Program-made: the position numbers and the translations under genes
NCBI GenBank assembly: GCA_965198005.1
Contig: CBDAOI010000002.1
Coordinates: forward strand, 160,001 to 224,000
Direction of reading: 5' to 3'
DNA length: 64,000 nt
DNA from: Spirochaetia bacterium
GTDB lineage: Bacteria; Spirochaetota; Spirochaetia; SZUA-6; Bin103
The notes under the pieces: generated by a model
Told to the model about the DNA's origin: nothing
Seen by the model: only the letters and a program-made list of their open reading frames with translations
The model's database searches: none
Shown: piece by piece, positions 40,753-50,492 of the stretch
How positions within the stretch are numbered: position 1 is the first letter of the stretch
Layout: each line of letters begins with the position of its first letter

Positions 40753-41447
40753 TCAGATCCGCTTACGCTCCATCCCCTGGACCACCATCCGCATCTGGAC
40801 CTCGGTGTTGTCGTAGGGACGCTGGTTGTGGCGGCCGGCGAACTCGTTCACGTAGCGTTGCAGGTGGGCCGGGCTCATCCGGTGGTAGGTGCCATAGTAG
40901 CCCCGCTTCATCATGGTCCAGAACGATTCCAGACCGTTGGTGTGCGCCTGCCCTTCACGTACTCGCCCAGCCCGTGGTTGACCGATGTGTGGTTCGGCAG
41001 CCCCTTGTACGACGCACTCTAATCGGTGTACACGTCCGCCTCCTGGCACCACGGCTGCGCTGATCTGGCGGGAAGCGTGGTCGCGCGCGCCCGCCACGGT
41101 GGACTTGCCGGCGGTGCCGCGGCCGCGGTTCGTCCGCTTGGAGACGTGCTTGTTCTTCTCCTTGCCGCCGCAGTAGGACTCGTCCAGCTCGACCGGCCCC
41201 CTCACAGGACTGGTCGCCCGCCTGATAGTCCCAAGCCTCACGGATGCGGTGCGCGAGATGCCAAGCGGTTTTCTGGGTCACGCCGAGATCGCGATGCAGC
41301 TTCATGCTGGAGGTGCCCTTGATCCCGGTGGTCAGCAGATAGACGCCCAACGCCCAGGTCTGCATCCCAAGGTTGGGCCTCCTGCATGACGCTCCCGTTC
41401 TTGACCGAGCAGTCGTTGCGACAGGAGCGACAGACACGGCGGATCAA
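40753..41447 (-). pseudogene. IS1595 (ISXO2-like) transposase, multiply frameshifted
   Basis: KGTSSMKLHRDLGVTQKTAWHLAHRIRE, VELDESYCGGK, HTNGLESFW..MKRG..GTYH..S..HLQRYVNEF. Confidence 0.9.
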
Positions 41448-41545
41448 ATGGCCGGAGTTGCACGTAGTATGGAAGGTAGGAGACTACGATACAAGGATCT
41501 TACCGCCGGTGGCCGTCCTTATCCCAAGCGAGTGAATATCAGGGG
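41430..41545 (+). pseudogene. C-terminal tail of a second IS1595 transposase
   Basis: DTADQMAGVARSMEGRRLRYKDLT. Confidence 0.6.
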
Positions 41546-41578
41546 ATTGAAGGAGGTGAGGTAAGTGAACGACCGATG

Positions 41579-42463
41579 TTATTCGTCATCGTCAAGTTCA
41601 TCTTCGACTTCTGTCTGGTCGCCGTCAGTGGGGAATGTTCGATGAGCTAACCAAATCGGGAACGGCCCTTTGTGTTCGTCGTGAACGGCAAACTCAGGGA
41701 TCCATTCATACTTGGACAGCCCAGTTGTTGCGTCCGACGTGCGTGCGCCCAAGATTGAAAACACGTCATTCCGAAAACCGCCGCCTCTGGCGAAGTATCG
41801 GACGATATGATAGTCAGGAGTGCAACCGCTAATTCTGATTGCGGTATTATCGTCGTGTTCAGGTTGATTTACGACGCGCGCGATTTGTTCAATTGTAGAA
41901 ATTGTGTTGAAATCGAATGAAGTCGAGAAAGCCGATGGCCATATCTGATCTTCCAATTCAATCCATTTTTCTCTTAGCCTATCGACTTCGGTCGATACGA
42001 GCTTCATCAATTTGGAATAGTCTGGATAGTTGTAATCGTAGCTTTCTTCGTCTTCGTCGTCAAAATCATAGTCTACCGGGTGGTTGATAATGTCTTTGAC
42101 AACCATCGGAGTATCATCCAGAAACCACTCAACGGAGCTTGGATTTAAGATGATACGGACCGATTCTGGACCTTCTTTTTTTTGGAGATCAGATAACAGT
42201 GTTCGCGGAATTTTCAGTGCAGCATGTTCAAAAGGCATTTTCCCCGTGGTAGGCGCTGTGGGATTGCTTCCAGCATTCGTTGATGAATCAAAAGCGGCAG
42301 TCATCATATTACCTGTCGACCCAATAGCAATTCGACCGTTGATAAATATCGACTCGAATGTTGGAACTTCGATTGCTGCCATTACTAAGCCTTCTACCAT
42401 TTCCCGACGTGTTAGAGCACATGCGGCGAGTAAGCGCCGGTTGAAAGTGTATGTTGCTGTCAT
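41579..42463 (-). CDS. Hypothetical acidic protein, low GC
   Basis: 294-aa ORF in AT-rich DNA with few competing ORFs; same strand as the upstream TIR genes. Confidence 0.75.
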   Translation of the reverse strand: MTATYTFNRRLLAACALTRREMVEGLVMAAIEVPTFESIFINGRIAIGSTGNMMTAAFDSSTNAGSNPTAPTTGKMPFEHAALKIPRTLLSDLQKKEGPESVRIILNPSSVEWFLDDTPMVVKDIINHPVDYDFDDEDEESYDYNYPDYSKLMKLVSTEVDRLREKWIELEDQIWPSAFSTSFDFNTISTIEQIARVVNQPEHDDNTAIRISGCTPDYHIVRYFARGGGFRNDVFSILGARTSDATTGLSKYEWIPEFAVHDEHKGPFPIWLAHRTFPTDGDQTEVEDELDDDE

Positions 42464-42502
42464 TTTGTGGATAGTTTTTCCTTCGACGCTGGTAGAACAG
42501 CG

Positions 42503-42919
42503 TCATGTTGTACGGTAGCCCACACCCCATATGCGCAGGAAATCACGGGCTCCTTGTTCGAAAGTACCGCCAAAATCGACCATCTGAAATCCGGATAGCG
42601 TCCAGGAAAGTTTCTCCTCATACTCACACTTCTGGTACAGAATGGGGATTATTCTGTTTGCTAAGCGCTTCTGCTGGAGAGCGAACAGCAACTCTCTCTT
42701 TACCCAGATAGACTCGACAGCGCTCGGCGATAGAACGAGCACAAACCAGTCACACCGGCGAAGTGCCGATCCTATTTCGTCATGCCACTGCTGAGATCCA
42801 AGAATGTCGGTTCTGCTGTACCACACCGGAAGCCCATGACGGCGCATCATGGCCGCCAACCTCTCGGCGAAATCTCGATCACGATCTGAGTGGGAGAGGA
42901 ATACCTCTTGTGGCAACAC
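42503..42919 (-). CDS. Stand-alone TIR domain protein
   Basis: VFLSHS..D..FAERL...VW...W.DEI..AL...FVLVLSP.AVES.WVKREL. Confidence 0.92.
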   Translation of the reverse strand: MLPQEVFLSHSDRDRDFAERLAAMMRRHGLPVWYSRTDILGSQQWHDEIGSALRRCDWFVLVLSPSAVESIWVKRELLFALQQKRLANRIIPILYQKCEYEEKLSWTLSGFQMVDFGGTFEQGARDFLRIWGVGYRTT

Positions 42920-42955
42920 GATTTGTTGTGACCGGTTGATGTTAACGTACGATCG

Positions 42956-43366
42956 TCAGGCGACCTGCTGGAGGGTCCGAGCGATTTCTCTGATGCCCTC
43001 CTCCTCGTTGGCGTGTTCTGCCAGCTTTATGGTCTTCAGGTTCCAGAGGATCCATGGCACGTCTTCATTCTTCAGATCGTCCGGATTTCCCACCACGACA
43101 GGTATCAGACGTTTCCGAAAACGCACCTCGCCAAGGGCATATTCGATTTCGGAGCGTACCCAATTCGAACGCATGGCGTTCGGCGTAAGCAGAACGACCA
43201 TCGCTTGTGACTCCTGCAGTGCCTGACTCACCAGGGCGGCCCAGTTGTCTCCGGGCATAATCTCACGGGTACCATCCCAGACATCCAGACCAGCTTCCTG
43301 CAGGATGTCGGCGACCCTCCGAGCGATCGCTTCATCGGTATGTGCGTAACTCACAAAGACTTTCAT
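42956..43366 (-). CDS. Stand-alone TIR domain protein
   Basis: KVFVSYAHTD...VW...PGDNW...AL.ES..MVVLLTP...SNWVRSEIEYAL. Confidence 0.92.
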   Translation of the reverse strand: MKVFVSYAHTDEAIARRVADILQEAGLDVWDGTREIMPGDNWAALVSQALQESQAMVVLLTPNAMRSNWVRSEIEYALGEVRFRKRLIPVVVGNPDDLKNEDVPWILWNLKTIKLAEHANEEEGIREIARTLQQVA

Positions 43367-43542
43367 CGCATACGTCCTTTCGCGCTGTCATGCTGCCTGT
43401 CCGAGATGAAGCTTACAGTACCACGGTGCTTCCCGCAACATTCGGAACCCTCGGGACCCGCGGTGCGAGGCGCCCGCAGCCGCAGATGAGGGATGCACTG
43501 GCGGTATAGTACGGGCCGGCCTGCGGAACCGGTCGATTCTCA

Positions 43543-44487
43543 CTACGGACGTTGGGCGTCGAGGAACGCGCGCACGCGCTCGGGCACCAGCAGGTCGGGC
43601 TCGGCCAGCAAGGCCGCCAGCCGCTGCGGGTCGGCGAAGCCGTTTTGCAGCGCCGTCCGCAGCGCCTTGAGCCCCGCGTACGGGGCCTCCACCTCGGTGA
43701 GCAGAATGACCGCGCGCTCGAATTCGACCTCGGCGTAGAGGTCCCGGCGCTCGGGACTGCCGCTGCTGCCGCCGCCGCGCGCCCCGAGCGCTACGAGCGC
43801 AAGCTCGTAGGCGCGCAGGGCCGCCACGTAGCTCTCCCGCCGGGTCTCGACCCGGGCCAGCGCGACCAGGGCGTCCAGGTCGTCGGGATGCACCTCGAGG
43901 TACCGGGACAGCACGGGGGCGGCCGCGTCCGGCAGCCCCGAGTCCGCCAGCAGCACGCCGAGCTGATAGCGCGCCTGGTGGTCGCCGGGCTCCTGATCGA
44001 GCAGCACGCGCAACTCGTCCGCGGCGGCCGCGCGGTCGCCCTGTTCCCAGAGCAGCATCGCGGCGTTGTAGCGGGCGGTGACGTGCGCCGGCTGCAGGTG
44101 CAGCAACTTCCGGTACACCGCCAGCGCGGCCGCGAATCGGCCCTGCCCCTGCAGCGCAGCCGCCCGCAACTCCAGCACGCGCACATTGTCGGGCGTGGCC
44201 GCGGCCAGCAGGTCCAGGTGGGGCATGGCGGCGGCCGGGTGGCCGGCCCGGATCAGGGCGGTCGCCAGGTGGAACCGTGCCCCGGGAGCGTCCGGCCGCA
44301 GCTCCAGGGCGCGCTCGAGATACGCGATCGCCCGCTCCGGCTGGTCCAGCCGCAGATAGCCGCTCCCCAGGGCCACGTACTCGTCCGCCAGCTCGGCACG
44401 GCTGAGATCCGTGGCGCAGCCCGCCAGGATCACCACGGCCAGCACCACGGCCGCCGCGGCCGCGCTCCATGTACGCCATGCGCCCAT
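43543..44487 (-). CDS. TPR-repeat lipoprotein (copy adjoining core genes)
   Basis: Lipobox LAGC, TPR motifs. Confidence 0.88.
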   Translation of the reverse strand: MGAWRTWSAAAAAVVLAVVILAGCATDLSRAELADEYVALGSGYLRLDQPERAIAYLERALELRPDAPGARFHLATALIRAGHPAAAMPHLDLLAAATPDNVRVLELRAAALQGQGRFAAALAVYRKLLHLQPAHVTARYNAAMLLWEQGDRAAAADELRVLLDQEPGDHQARYQLGVLLADSGLPDAAAPVLSRYLEVHPDDLDALVALARVETRRESYVAALRAYELALVALGARGGGSSGSPERRDLYAEVEFERAVILLTEVEAPYAGLKALRTALQNGFADPQRLAALLAEPDLLVPERVRAFLDAQRP

Positions 44488-44748
44488 CCGCACGCCGCAG
44501 TGTGCGCGATTCGCCGGAGCCGGGCCAAGTGCCCGTGCTCGTGGAGGACCGGATCGACCACCTGCTGGACAACCACGACCGCCGGATCGAGACGGCGCTG
44601 GCCGAATGGGGCTATATTCAGCCGCAATGGTTGAGCGACCGGAAGCGGCTGCTGCGCGCGCGGATCGAGGTGACCGGACCGGATGGAATGGCGGCGCCGG
44701 TGCGCCGGTGCCCCGGGTCGCCGCCTGAGCACGGTTGCGCACTGACCC

Positions 44749-45516
44749 ATGGGCGCCGCCGCGGCCGTCGTCTATCTGATCATCATCTTCCTGTACAACG
44801 AGTTGCGGTTGGGACTGGTGCTCCGCTGGAGCCGGCCGCGGCGGCCGGCGGTGGAGCGGTTCATGGTGCGGCAGGCGCAGCGCCTGCTGAGCACCGTCAA
44901 CCGGCTGGCCGGACTGCGCTACTCGTTCGACACCACCGCAGCCGGGACGCTGCCGGAGCGGTTCCTGCTGCTGACCAACCACCAGAGTCTGACCGACATT
45001 CCGATGCTGTTGGCGGCCTTTCGTCACCACCCGCTGAAGTTCGTGGCCAAGGACTCGTTGCGGCGCGGCATCCCGACCGTGTCCAAGTGCCTGCGCTACA
45101 GCGAGCATGCCTTCATCGACCGCCGCGGGCCGTTTCGCCGCACCCAGCGCACGCTGCGGCGCCTGGCGCGACTGGACCGCGACCCCGCGGCCGCGACCGG
45201 GTTCCCGCCGTGCAGCTTCGCCGTGTTCCCGGAAGGGACCCGCTCGCGCGACGGCCGGGTCGGTCCGTTCCACCGCGCCGGGCTGCGCGTCCTGGCCGAC
45301 CTGACCGGACTGCCGGTGGTGAGCGCCGCGCTGGACGGCGGCACCACCATCGCGCGCCTGCGCACCCTGCGCAACCTGGCCGGAGTCCACTACCGCGTGC
45401 GCGTGCTGTCGGTCTATCCGCCGCCGGCGGACAAGCGCGCGGTGGCGGAGGTGATGGACCGGTCGCGGGCCGAGATCATCGACCAGGTGGCCGCCTGGCG
45501 CAGCGGCCGCACCTGA
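44749..45516 (+). CDS. 1-acyl-sn-glycerol-3-phosphate (lysophospholipid) acyltransferase
   Basis: NHQSLTD, FVAK, FIDR, FPEGTRS. Confidence 0.9.
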   Translation: MGAAAAVVYLIIIFLYNELRLGLVLRWSRPRRPAVERFMVRQAQRLLSTVNRLAGLRYSFDTTAAGTLPERFLLLTNHQSLTDIPMLLAAFRHHPLKFVAKDSLRRGIPTVSKCLRYSEHAFIDRRGPFRRTQRTLRRLARLDRDPAAATGFPPCSFAVFPEGTRSRDGRVGPFHRAGLRVLADLTGLPVVSAALDGGTTIARLRTLRNLAGVHYRVRVLSVYPPPADKRAVAEVMDRSRAEIIDQVAAWRSGRT

Positions 45517-45576
45517 CGCACTGGATGCACCTGACGCCCCGCCCGCGCCTCCGGCCCGCCCCGCCCGCGCCGCGGC

Positions 45577-46617
45577 TCAGCGGCCGGCGAGCGCGCCGTA
45601 ACCGCTTTTCATGATGGTCAGGAACTGACGCGGGTTGACGACCTGTTCCGCGATCCGGACCTCGTAGTGGAGGTGCGGCCCGGTGGACAGCCCGGTGCTG
45701 CCCATGTAGCCGATCACTTCGCCCCGTTCCACCTGCTGCCCGGGCTTCACTACCGGTACCCCGTTCATGTGCCCGTACCAGGTCACGAACCCGTACTTGT
45801 GCTTGATCACGGCAAAGTGGCCCAGGTTGTGCGGGTCGTAGCCCACCCGCTGCACCTTGCCATTGGCGGTGGCCACGATCTCGGTACCGCGCAGCCAGGC
45901 GATGTCGATCCCCTTGTGGATGTACCACCGGCCGTTGAACGGATGGATTGAAGGACCGAAGTCCGCCGTGATGTAGCCCTTGCCCGCGCTCACCGGCCAC
46001 AGCGTCGGGATATCCACCAGCAGCCCCTTCTGCGTCAGCAGTGCCTGCTCGATCTCGGTGAGCGGACCCACCGAGCTTTCCAGATAGGAGCGCAGGCTGC
46101 GCAGCTCGGTCAGGCTGCGCACCTCCTCGGCGATCACCAGCGACTCGCTCACGAACGAGGCCAGGTCGCCGCCTACCCCGCCGGCCAGATAGCCGCGCGC
46201 GTCGTCGGTGCCGACCACGTTCAGCACGCTCTCCAGCGACCGCCGGAACTCGGTGGCTACGCGCTGCAGCTCCTTGACCTCGTCGCTCAACTCCTCGACC
46301 GTGGTTTCGCTCGCGCTCAGCGAGCGGCTGGCGGCCATGAACTGCTCATTGCTGCGCGTAAAGCCGGTGGAGAGGGTCAGGAAGCCGAGCACGAGACCCG
46401 CCAGCATCGCCCCGAGCAGCGTGAGCATGAACAACGACACGCTGAAGTTGAACACCCGCCGCTCCGAATGGGGGATGAACATCACCGTTGCGCGCCGGTT
46501 GCCGACCCGTATCACCGTGCTCACCCAACCGGAGATCAGGTGCCCGATTGCGGCCGCGTGCTGCCGGAGCACGCCCACGGCGCGTACTTCGGCGGCCTTG
46601 TACCATTCGCTGCTTAC
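45577..46617 (-). CDS. M23 family metallopeptidase (start uncertain)
   Basis: TVMFIPHSE, TM helix, coiled coil, HKGIDIA, YGHM, GSTGLSTGPHLHYEV. Confidence 0.9.
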   Translation of the reverse strand, partial: VSSEWYKAAEVRAVGVLRQHAAAIGHLISGWVSTVIRVGNRRATVMFIPHSERRVFNFSVSLFMLTLLGAMLAGLVLGFLTLSTGFTRSNEQFMAASRSLSASETTVEELSDEVKELQRVATEFRRSLESVLNVVGTDDARGYLAGGVGGDLASFVSESLVIAEEVRSLTELRSLRSYLESSVGPLTEIEQALLTQKGLLVDIPTLWPVSAGKGYITADFGPSIHPFNGRWYIHKGIDIAWLRGTEIVATANGKVQRVGYDPHNLGHFAVIKHKYGFVTWYGHMNGVPVVKPGQQVERGEVIGYMGSTGLSTGPHLHYEVRIAEQVVNPRQFLTIMKSGYGALAGR

Positions 46618-46713
46618 CGGTTGGATACCGCGCGCGCCGCGTTGACGCCGGCGATGCCCACGCGCTACGTTTGAATACGAGTCTTCGGGGCGCGCCCGGG
46701 TCCAGTCACGACT

Positions 46714-47484
46714 ATGCGATTCTTCGACACTCACGCCCACATCGGTCTCATCGACAACGACCCGATAGAGCAACTTATCATCTGCGAGCAGGCGAAACAA
46801 GCGGGCGTGCTCGGCATTCTGAGCATCTCCAGCAACCTGCGCGACTTCACTGCGGTCCATCACAACCTGCGCGGAGCGAGCCACGTCTACTACTGCGTGG
46901 GAATTGCGCCGTCCGAGGTAGTCGCCCCGGGCGACGACTGGGAAGCCACCCTGATGGACTGCGCGGCGCTCGAGCGGGTGGTTGCGATCGGCGAGATCGG
47001 ACTGGACTACTTCCGCAAGTACGGGGATCGCGACTCTCAGGTGGAGCTGTTCGTGCGCCAGTTGGAGGTGGCGCAGCGGCTGCGGCTTCCGGTGGTCGTG
47101 CACAACCGCGACGCCGGGGGGGATACACTCAAGATCCTGCGCGACAAGCTGCCGTCGCACGGCGGCGTGCTGCACTGCTTCTCGGAGACCAGCGACTTTG
47201 CGCGCCGGGCGCTGGATCTCGACCTCTACATTTCGTTTGCCGGCAACGTGACGTACCGCAACGCCCGCAACCTGCATGACACGTCGAAGCAGATCCCGGT
47301 CGAGCGCATGCTGATCGAGACCGAGTCGCCGTTCATGGTGCCGGCCACCCATCGCGGCCAACGCAACCGGCCAGCCTACATTGCGGATACCCTGGACTTC
47401 ATCGCGGAGCAGCGGCACATGCAATCCGCCGAGCTGGCCGAAATCCTGTACCAGAACAGCCTGCGCTTTCTGGCGCTCGACTGA
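46714..47484 (+). CDS. tatD: TatD family nuclease
   Basis: FDTHAH, AIGEIGLDY, VVHNRDA, VLHCFS, IETESPF. Confidence 0.92.
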   Translation: MRFFDTHAHIGLIDNDPIEQLIICEQAKQAGVLGILSISSNLRDFTAVHHNLRGASHVYYCVGIAPSEVVAPGDDWEATLMDCAALERVVAIGEIGLDYFRKYGDRDSQVELFVRQLEVAQRLRLPVVVHNRDAGGDTLKILRDKLPSHGGVLHCFSETSDFARRALDLDLYISFAGNVTYRNARNLHDTSKQIPVERMLIETESPFMVPATHRGQRNRPAYIADTLDFIAEQRHMQSAELAEILYQNSLRFLALD

Positions 47485-47498
47485 CTGCCGGAGACCAC

Positions 47499-48764
47499 GT
47501 GCGAGTTCTGGTGGCAGGCAGCGGCGGCCGTGAGCACGCGCTCGCCTGGAAGCTCGCGGCCAGCCCCCGGGTAGCGGCGGTGTTGACCGCGCCCGGCAAC
47601 GCCGGTACCGCCGCCGTAGGCCGCAACCTGCCCGCCGTAGCCCCCACCGATCCGGCCGCCATGGTTGCCGCGGCGCGGCGCGAGCGGATCGACTTGGTGG
47701 TGATCGGCCCCGAGGACGCGCTCGCCGCCGGCGCCGCCGACCGGTTGCGTGCGGCCGGCGTTCCAACGGTAGGACCGTCCGCCGCCTGCGCCCGGCTGGA
47801 GTCCAGCAAGGCATTCTGCAAGGCGTTTCTGCAGCGGCACGCCATTCCCACCGCCGCGGCGCGCGCGTTGCGCACTGCCGCCGACCTCGACGACTACCTG
47901 CGCGCCCACCGCCACGCGGCCGCCGTGGTGCTGAAGATGGACGGTCTGGCTCAGGGCAAGGGGGTCTTGGTGGCGGCGGACCGCGCCCGGCTGGCGGGCT
48001 TCGGCCGGGCCGCCCTGGCGCGCGGCCCGGTGCTGGCGGAGGAACACCTGGAAGGCCACGAGGTCTCGCAGTTCGTGCTGCTGGACGAGAGCGGCGCGGT
48101 GCCGTTGCCGCCGTGTGCGGACTACAAGCGGGCCGGTGACGGAGACACCGGTCCCAACACCGGCGGCATGGGATCGGTGTGTCCGGCGCCGCGGGTGGAC
48201 GCGGCGCTGGCGCGGCGGATCGAAGGAGAGATCATCCGGCCGACCGTGCGCGGCCTCCGGCAGGACGGGCTGGCGTACCGGGGCGTGCTGTACATCGGCC
48301 TGATGGTGACCGCGAACGGGCCGCGGGTGCTGGAGTTCAACGTGCGCTTGGGCGATCCGGAGACGCAGGTGCTGCTGCCGTTGCTCGACTGCGATCTGGC
48401 GGAGCTGCTGGAAGCGCTGGCCGCGGGCCGCCTGCAGCGGGTGGCGCCGCCGCCGCGCCGGCCCGCCCGGTCCGGGGTGACGGTGATCGCAGCCGCGCGC
48501 GGCTATCCCGGCGCCTACGAGACCGGCCTGGCGGTGGCGTCCTTGCCCTTCCCCGGTCCCGCGGGCGCGGTGTTCCATGCCGGCACCTACCGCCGCGGCG
48601 GCGTGCTCAGGACCGGCGGCGGCCGCTGTTTCGCCGTGACCGGCCTGGGCGGCGATGCGGCGGCGGCGCGCGCCACCGCCTACCGCCTGGTGCAGCAGGT
48701 GCGCTTCCCGGGCGCCTGGTGGCGCACCGACATCGGGGCTCAGCCGACGCCGCCGGGCGGCTGA
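47499..48764 (+). CDS. purD: Phosphoribosylamine-glycine ligase
   Basis: GSGGREHALAW, APGNAG, IGPE, LESSK, DGLAQGKGV, GPNTGGMG, EFNVRLGDPE. Confidence 0.96.
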   Translation: MRVLVAGSGGREHALAWKLAASPRVAAVLTAPGNAGTAAVGRNLPAVAPTDPAAMVAAARRERIDLVVIGPEDALAAGAADRLRAAGVPTVGPSAACARLESSKAFCKAFLQRHAIPTAAARALRTAADLDDYLRAHRHAAAVVLKMDGLAQGKGVLVAADRARLAGFGRAALARGPVLAEEHLEGHEVSQFVLLDESGAVPLPPCADYKRAGDGDTGPNTGGMGSVCPAPRVDAALARRIEGEIIRPTVRGLRQDGLAYRGVLYIGLMVTANGPRVLEFNVRLGDPETQVLLPLLDCDLAELLEALAAGRLQRVAPPPRRPARSGVTVIAAARGYPGAYETGLAVASLPFPGPAGAVFHAGTYRRGGVLRTGGGRCFAVTGLGGDAAAARATAYRLVQQVRFPGAWWRTDIGAQPTPPGG

Positions 48765-49615
48765 CGCGCGTCGGCGGCGCGCTGCTGGCGCCGTACCTCG
48801 TACATCAGGATACCCCCGGCGACGCCGACGTTGAGGGAATCGACGGTGCCGGCGGTCGGGATGCGCACCCGCTGATCGCACCGCCGCACCACCAGGGGGT
48901 GCATCCCGCCGCCCTCGGATCCCACCACCAGCGCCACGCGGTCGGGAAACTGCACCCGGTCGAGCGGCTCGCCCTCCAGGTCGGCGCCGTAGATCCAGAA
49001 GCCGGCCGCCTTGAGCTGCTCCAGCGCACGCGCCAGGTTGGGCACCGCCAGCGTCGCCACGTGGGCGGCGGCGCCGGCGGACGCCTGCATCACGGCGGCG
49101 GTGACCGGCGCCGCGCGGCGGCGCGGCACGAGCAGCAGGTCGACCGCGAACTGATCCGCACAGCGGGCAATGGTACCCAGGTTCACCGGGTCGGTGACCC
49201 CGTCGGCGACCACCACCAGCCCGCCGGCCGGCCGCTCCAGCACCGCCAGATGATCGGCCAGCGTAGCCGCCGGGGCGGCGCGTGCCGAGCGGCGGTCGCG
49301 CGCGGAGCGGCCCCGGGCGGGGCGGCGCCGCGACCGCGGCCGCTCCAGCCCCACGCCGCGATGGGCGCCGGTGCCGCAGCGGGCGGTAAGCTCCGCCACG
49401 CCCACCCGCCGTACCGCGATCCCGAGCCGCCGTGCCTGTTCCTGCAGCCGCCGCACGGCGGCGTTGTCGCGCGCCACCAGCAGCGTCAGCCTGTCCGCTT
49501 CGGTGCCCGCCGCCGACCCGGCCAGGCGGCGCAGCTCCTCCGCCACCGGATGCACGCCGTACAGCGCCGTCACAAGCGGCGCCCCGGTCGGTTCGGTGGG
49601 ATGGGCACTACCCAT
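48740..49615 (-). CDS. rlmB: 23S rRNA 2'-O-methyltransferase (TrmH/SpoU family)
   Basis: YGVHPV.E, DGVTDPVNLG, ASAGA, VGSEGGG, SLNVGVA. Confidence 0.85.
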   Translation of the reverse strand: MGSAHPTEPTGAPLVTALYGVHPVAEELRRLAGSAAGTEADRLTLLVARDNAAVRRLQEQARRLGIAVRRVGVAELTARCGTGAHRGVGLERPRSRRRPARGRSARDRRSARAAPAATLADHLAVLERPAGGLVVVADGVTDPVNLGTIARCADQFAVDLLLVPRRRAAPVTAAVMQASAGAAAHVATLAVPNLARALEQLKAAGFWIYGADLEGEPLDRVQFPDRVALVVGSEGGGMHPLVVRRCDQRVRIPTAGTVDSLNVGVAGGILMYEVRRQQRAADARQPPGGVG

Positions 49616-50492
49616 TCCGGAACACCAGCAGGTTCTGATGAATCATGGACGGGATGTAGCGGTACCGGTAGCCGTAGATGTGGAGCTTGCGCGCCACGTC
49701 ATACCAGATCAGGTTCGCCTGCCACACCAGCGGTTCGATCTGCCGCAGCGCCCCCGCCAGCTCGGCCGACAGGCAGTGGTAGACGCCGCCGCTGTACATG
49801 TCGCCGATGAACGACAGCAGGTAGCCGCCCGGCTTGAGCCGCGCGACCGCCAGCCGGAACACCCGCTCCATCGCCCGCAACCAGTCGCCCTGGTCCCGGT
49901 AGCCGGACCCCGCGCCGAACTCGCGCAGCCGCGGCGGGGCCAGCGGCCGGGCCGCTTCGCCCACCCGCTTGAAGACGCCGGGCGAGCGCGGCGCCACGTC
50001 CATGTTCCAGTAGGGCACGTCCGTGAATACCAGGTCGTACGGGCCATCGTACGGGTCCCCCATCCGTTCCAGCACCTCGGCCGCGGCGCCGGCATGGGCC
50101 GGCATCGGTTCCAGCTCCTCGCGCCGGCACACCTCGCGGTAGACGTCGATCCAGCGCGGGTTGATCTCGATCCCCTCGGCACGCCGTCCCGCCAGCGCCG
50201 CGCCCAGGAGTACGCCGCCCACGCCCATGAACGGGTCCAGCACCCGCTGCCCCTGCTTGGTGAACACCCGGATCAGGTCGGCGCACAGCTCCGGGGGTTT
50301 CTGCCCACCGTGCACGCGCCGCAGGCGGTACTGGCAGTTGGGCGGGTAGGGACGGTTGATCACCGAGCGGGTCCAGTAGAGCCATTCGCGCCCGGTGAGA
50401 TCGTTCAGGCGATTGCCACTCGAGTAGAATCCGCGGCTCCGGCCCTGGTCGTCGAACAGCTCCCGTTGCACAGGCCCCTGCCGCCGGCTCAC
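49608..50492 (-). CDS. Orphan amino-methyltransferase (N4-C/N6-A DNA methylase-like)
   Basis: LNDLTGREW, HGGQKP, VLDPFMGVG (SAM motif), DLVFTDVPYW; GTG overlaps the kinase stop. Confidence 0.8.
   Translation of the reverse strand: MSRRQGPVQRELFDDQGRSRGFYSSGNRLNDLTGREWLYWTRSVINRPYPPNCQYRLRRVHGGQKPPELCADLIRVFTKQGQRVLDPFMGVGGVLLGAALAGRRAEGIEINPRWIDVYREVCRREELEPMPAHAGAAAEVLERMGDPYDGPYDLVFTDVPYWNMDVAPRSPGVFKRVGEAARPLAPPRLREFGAGSGYRDQGDWLRAMERVFRLAVARLKPGGYLLSFIGDMYSGGVYHCLSAELAGALRQIEPLVWQANLIWYDVARKLHIYGYRYRYIPSMIHQNLLVFRNG

Noticed and set aside
42503-43366. Canonical Thoeris or CBASS
   Set aside because: No recognisable ThsA effector or CD-NTase nearby
29219-43400. Integron cassette array or prophage
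   Set aside because: No integrase, no recurring attC sites and no phage structural genes
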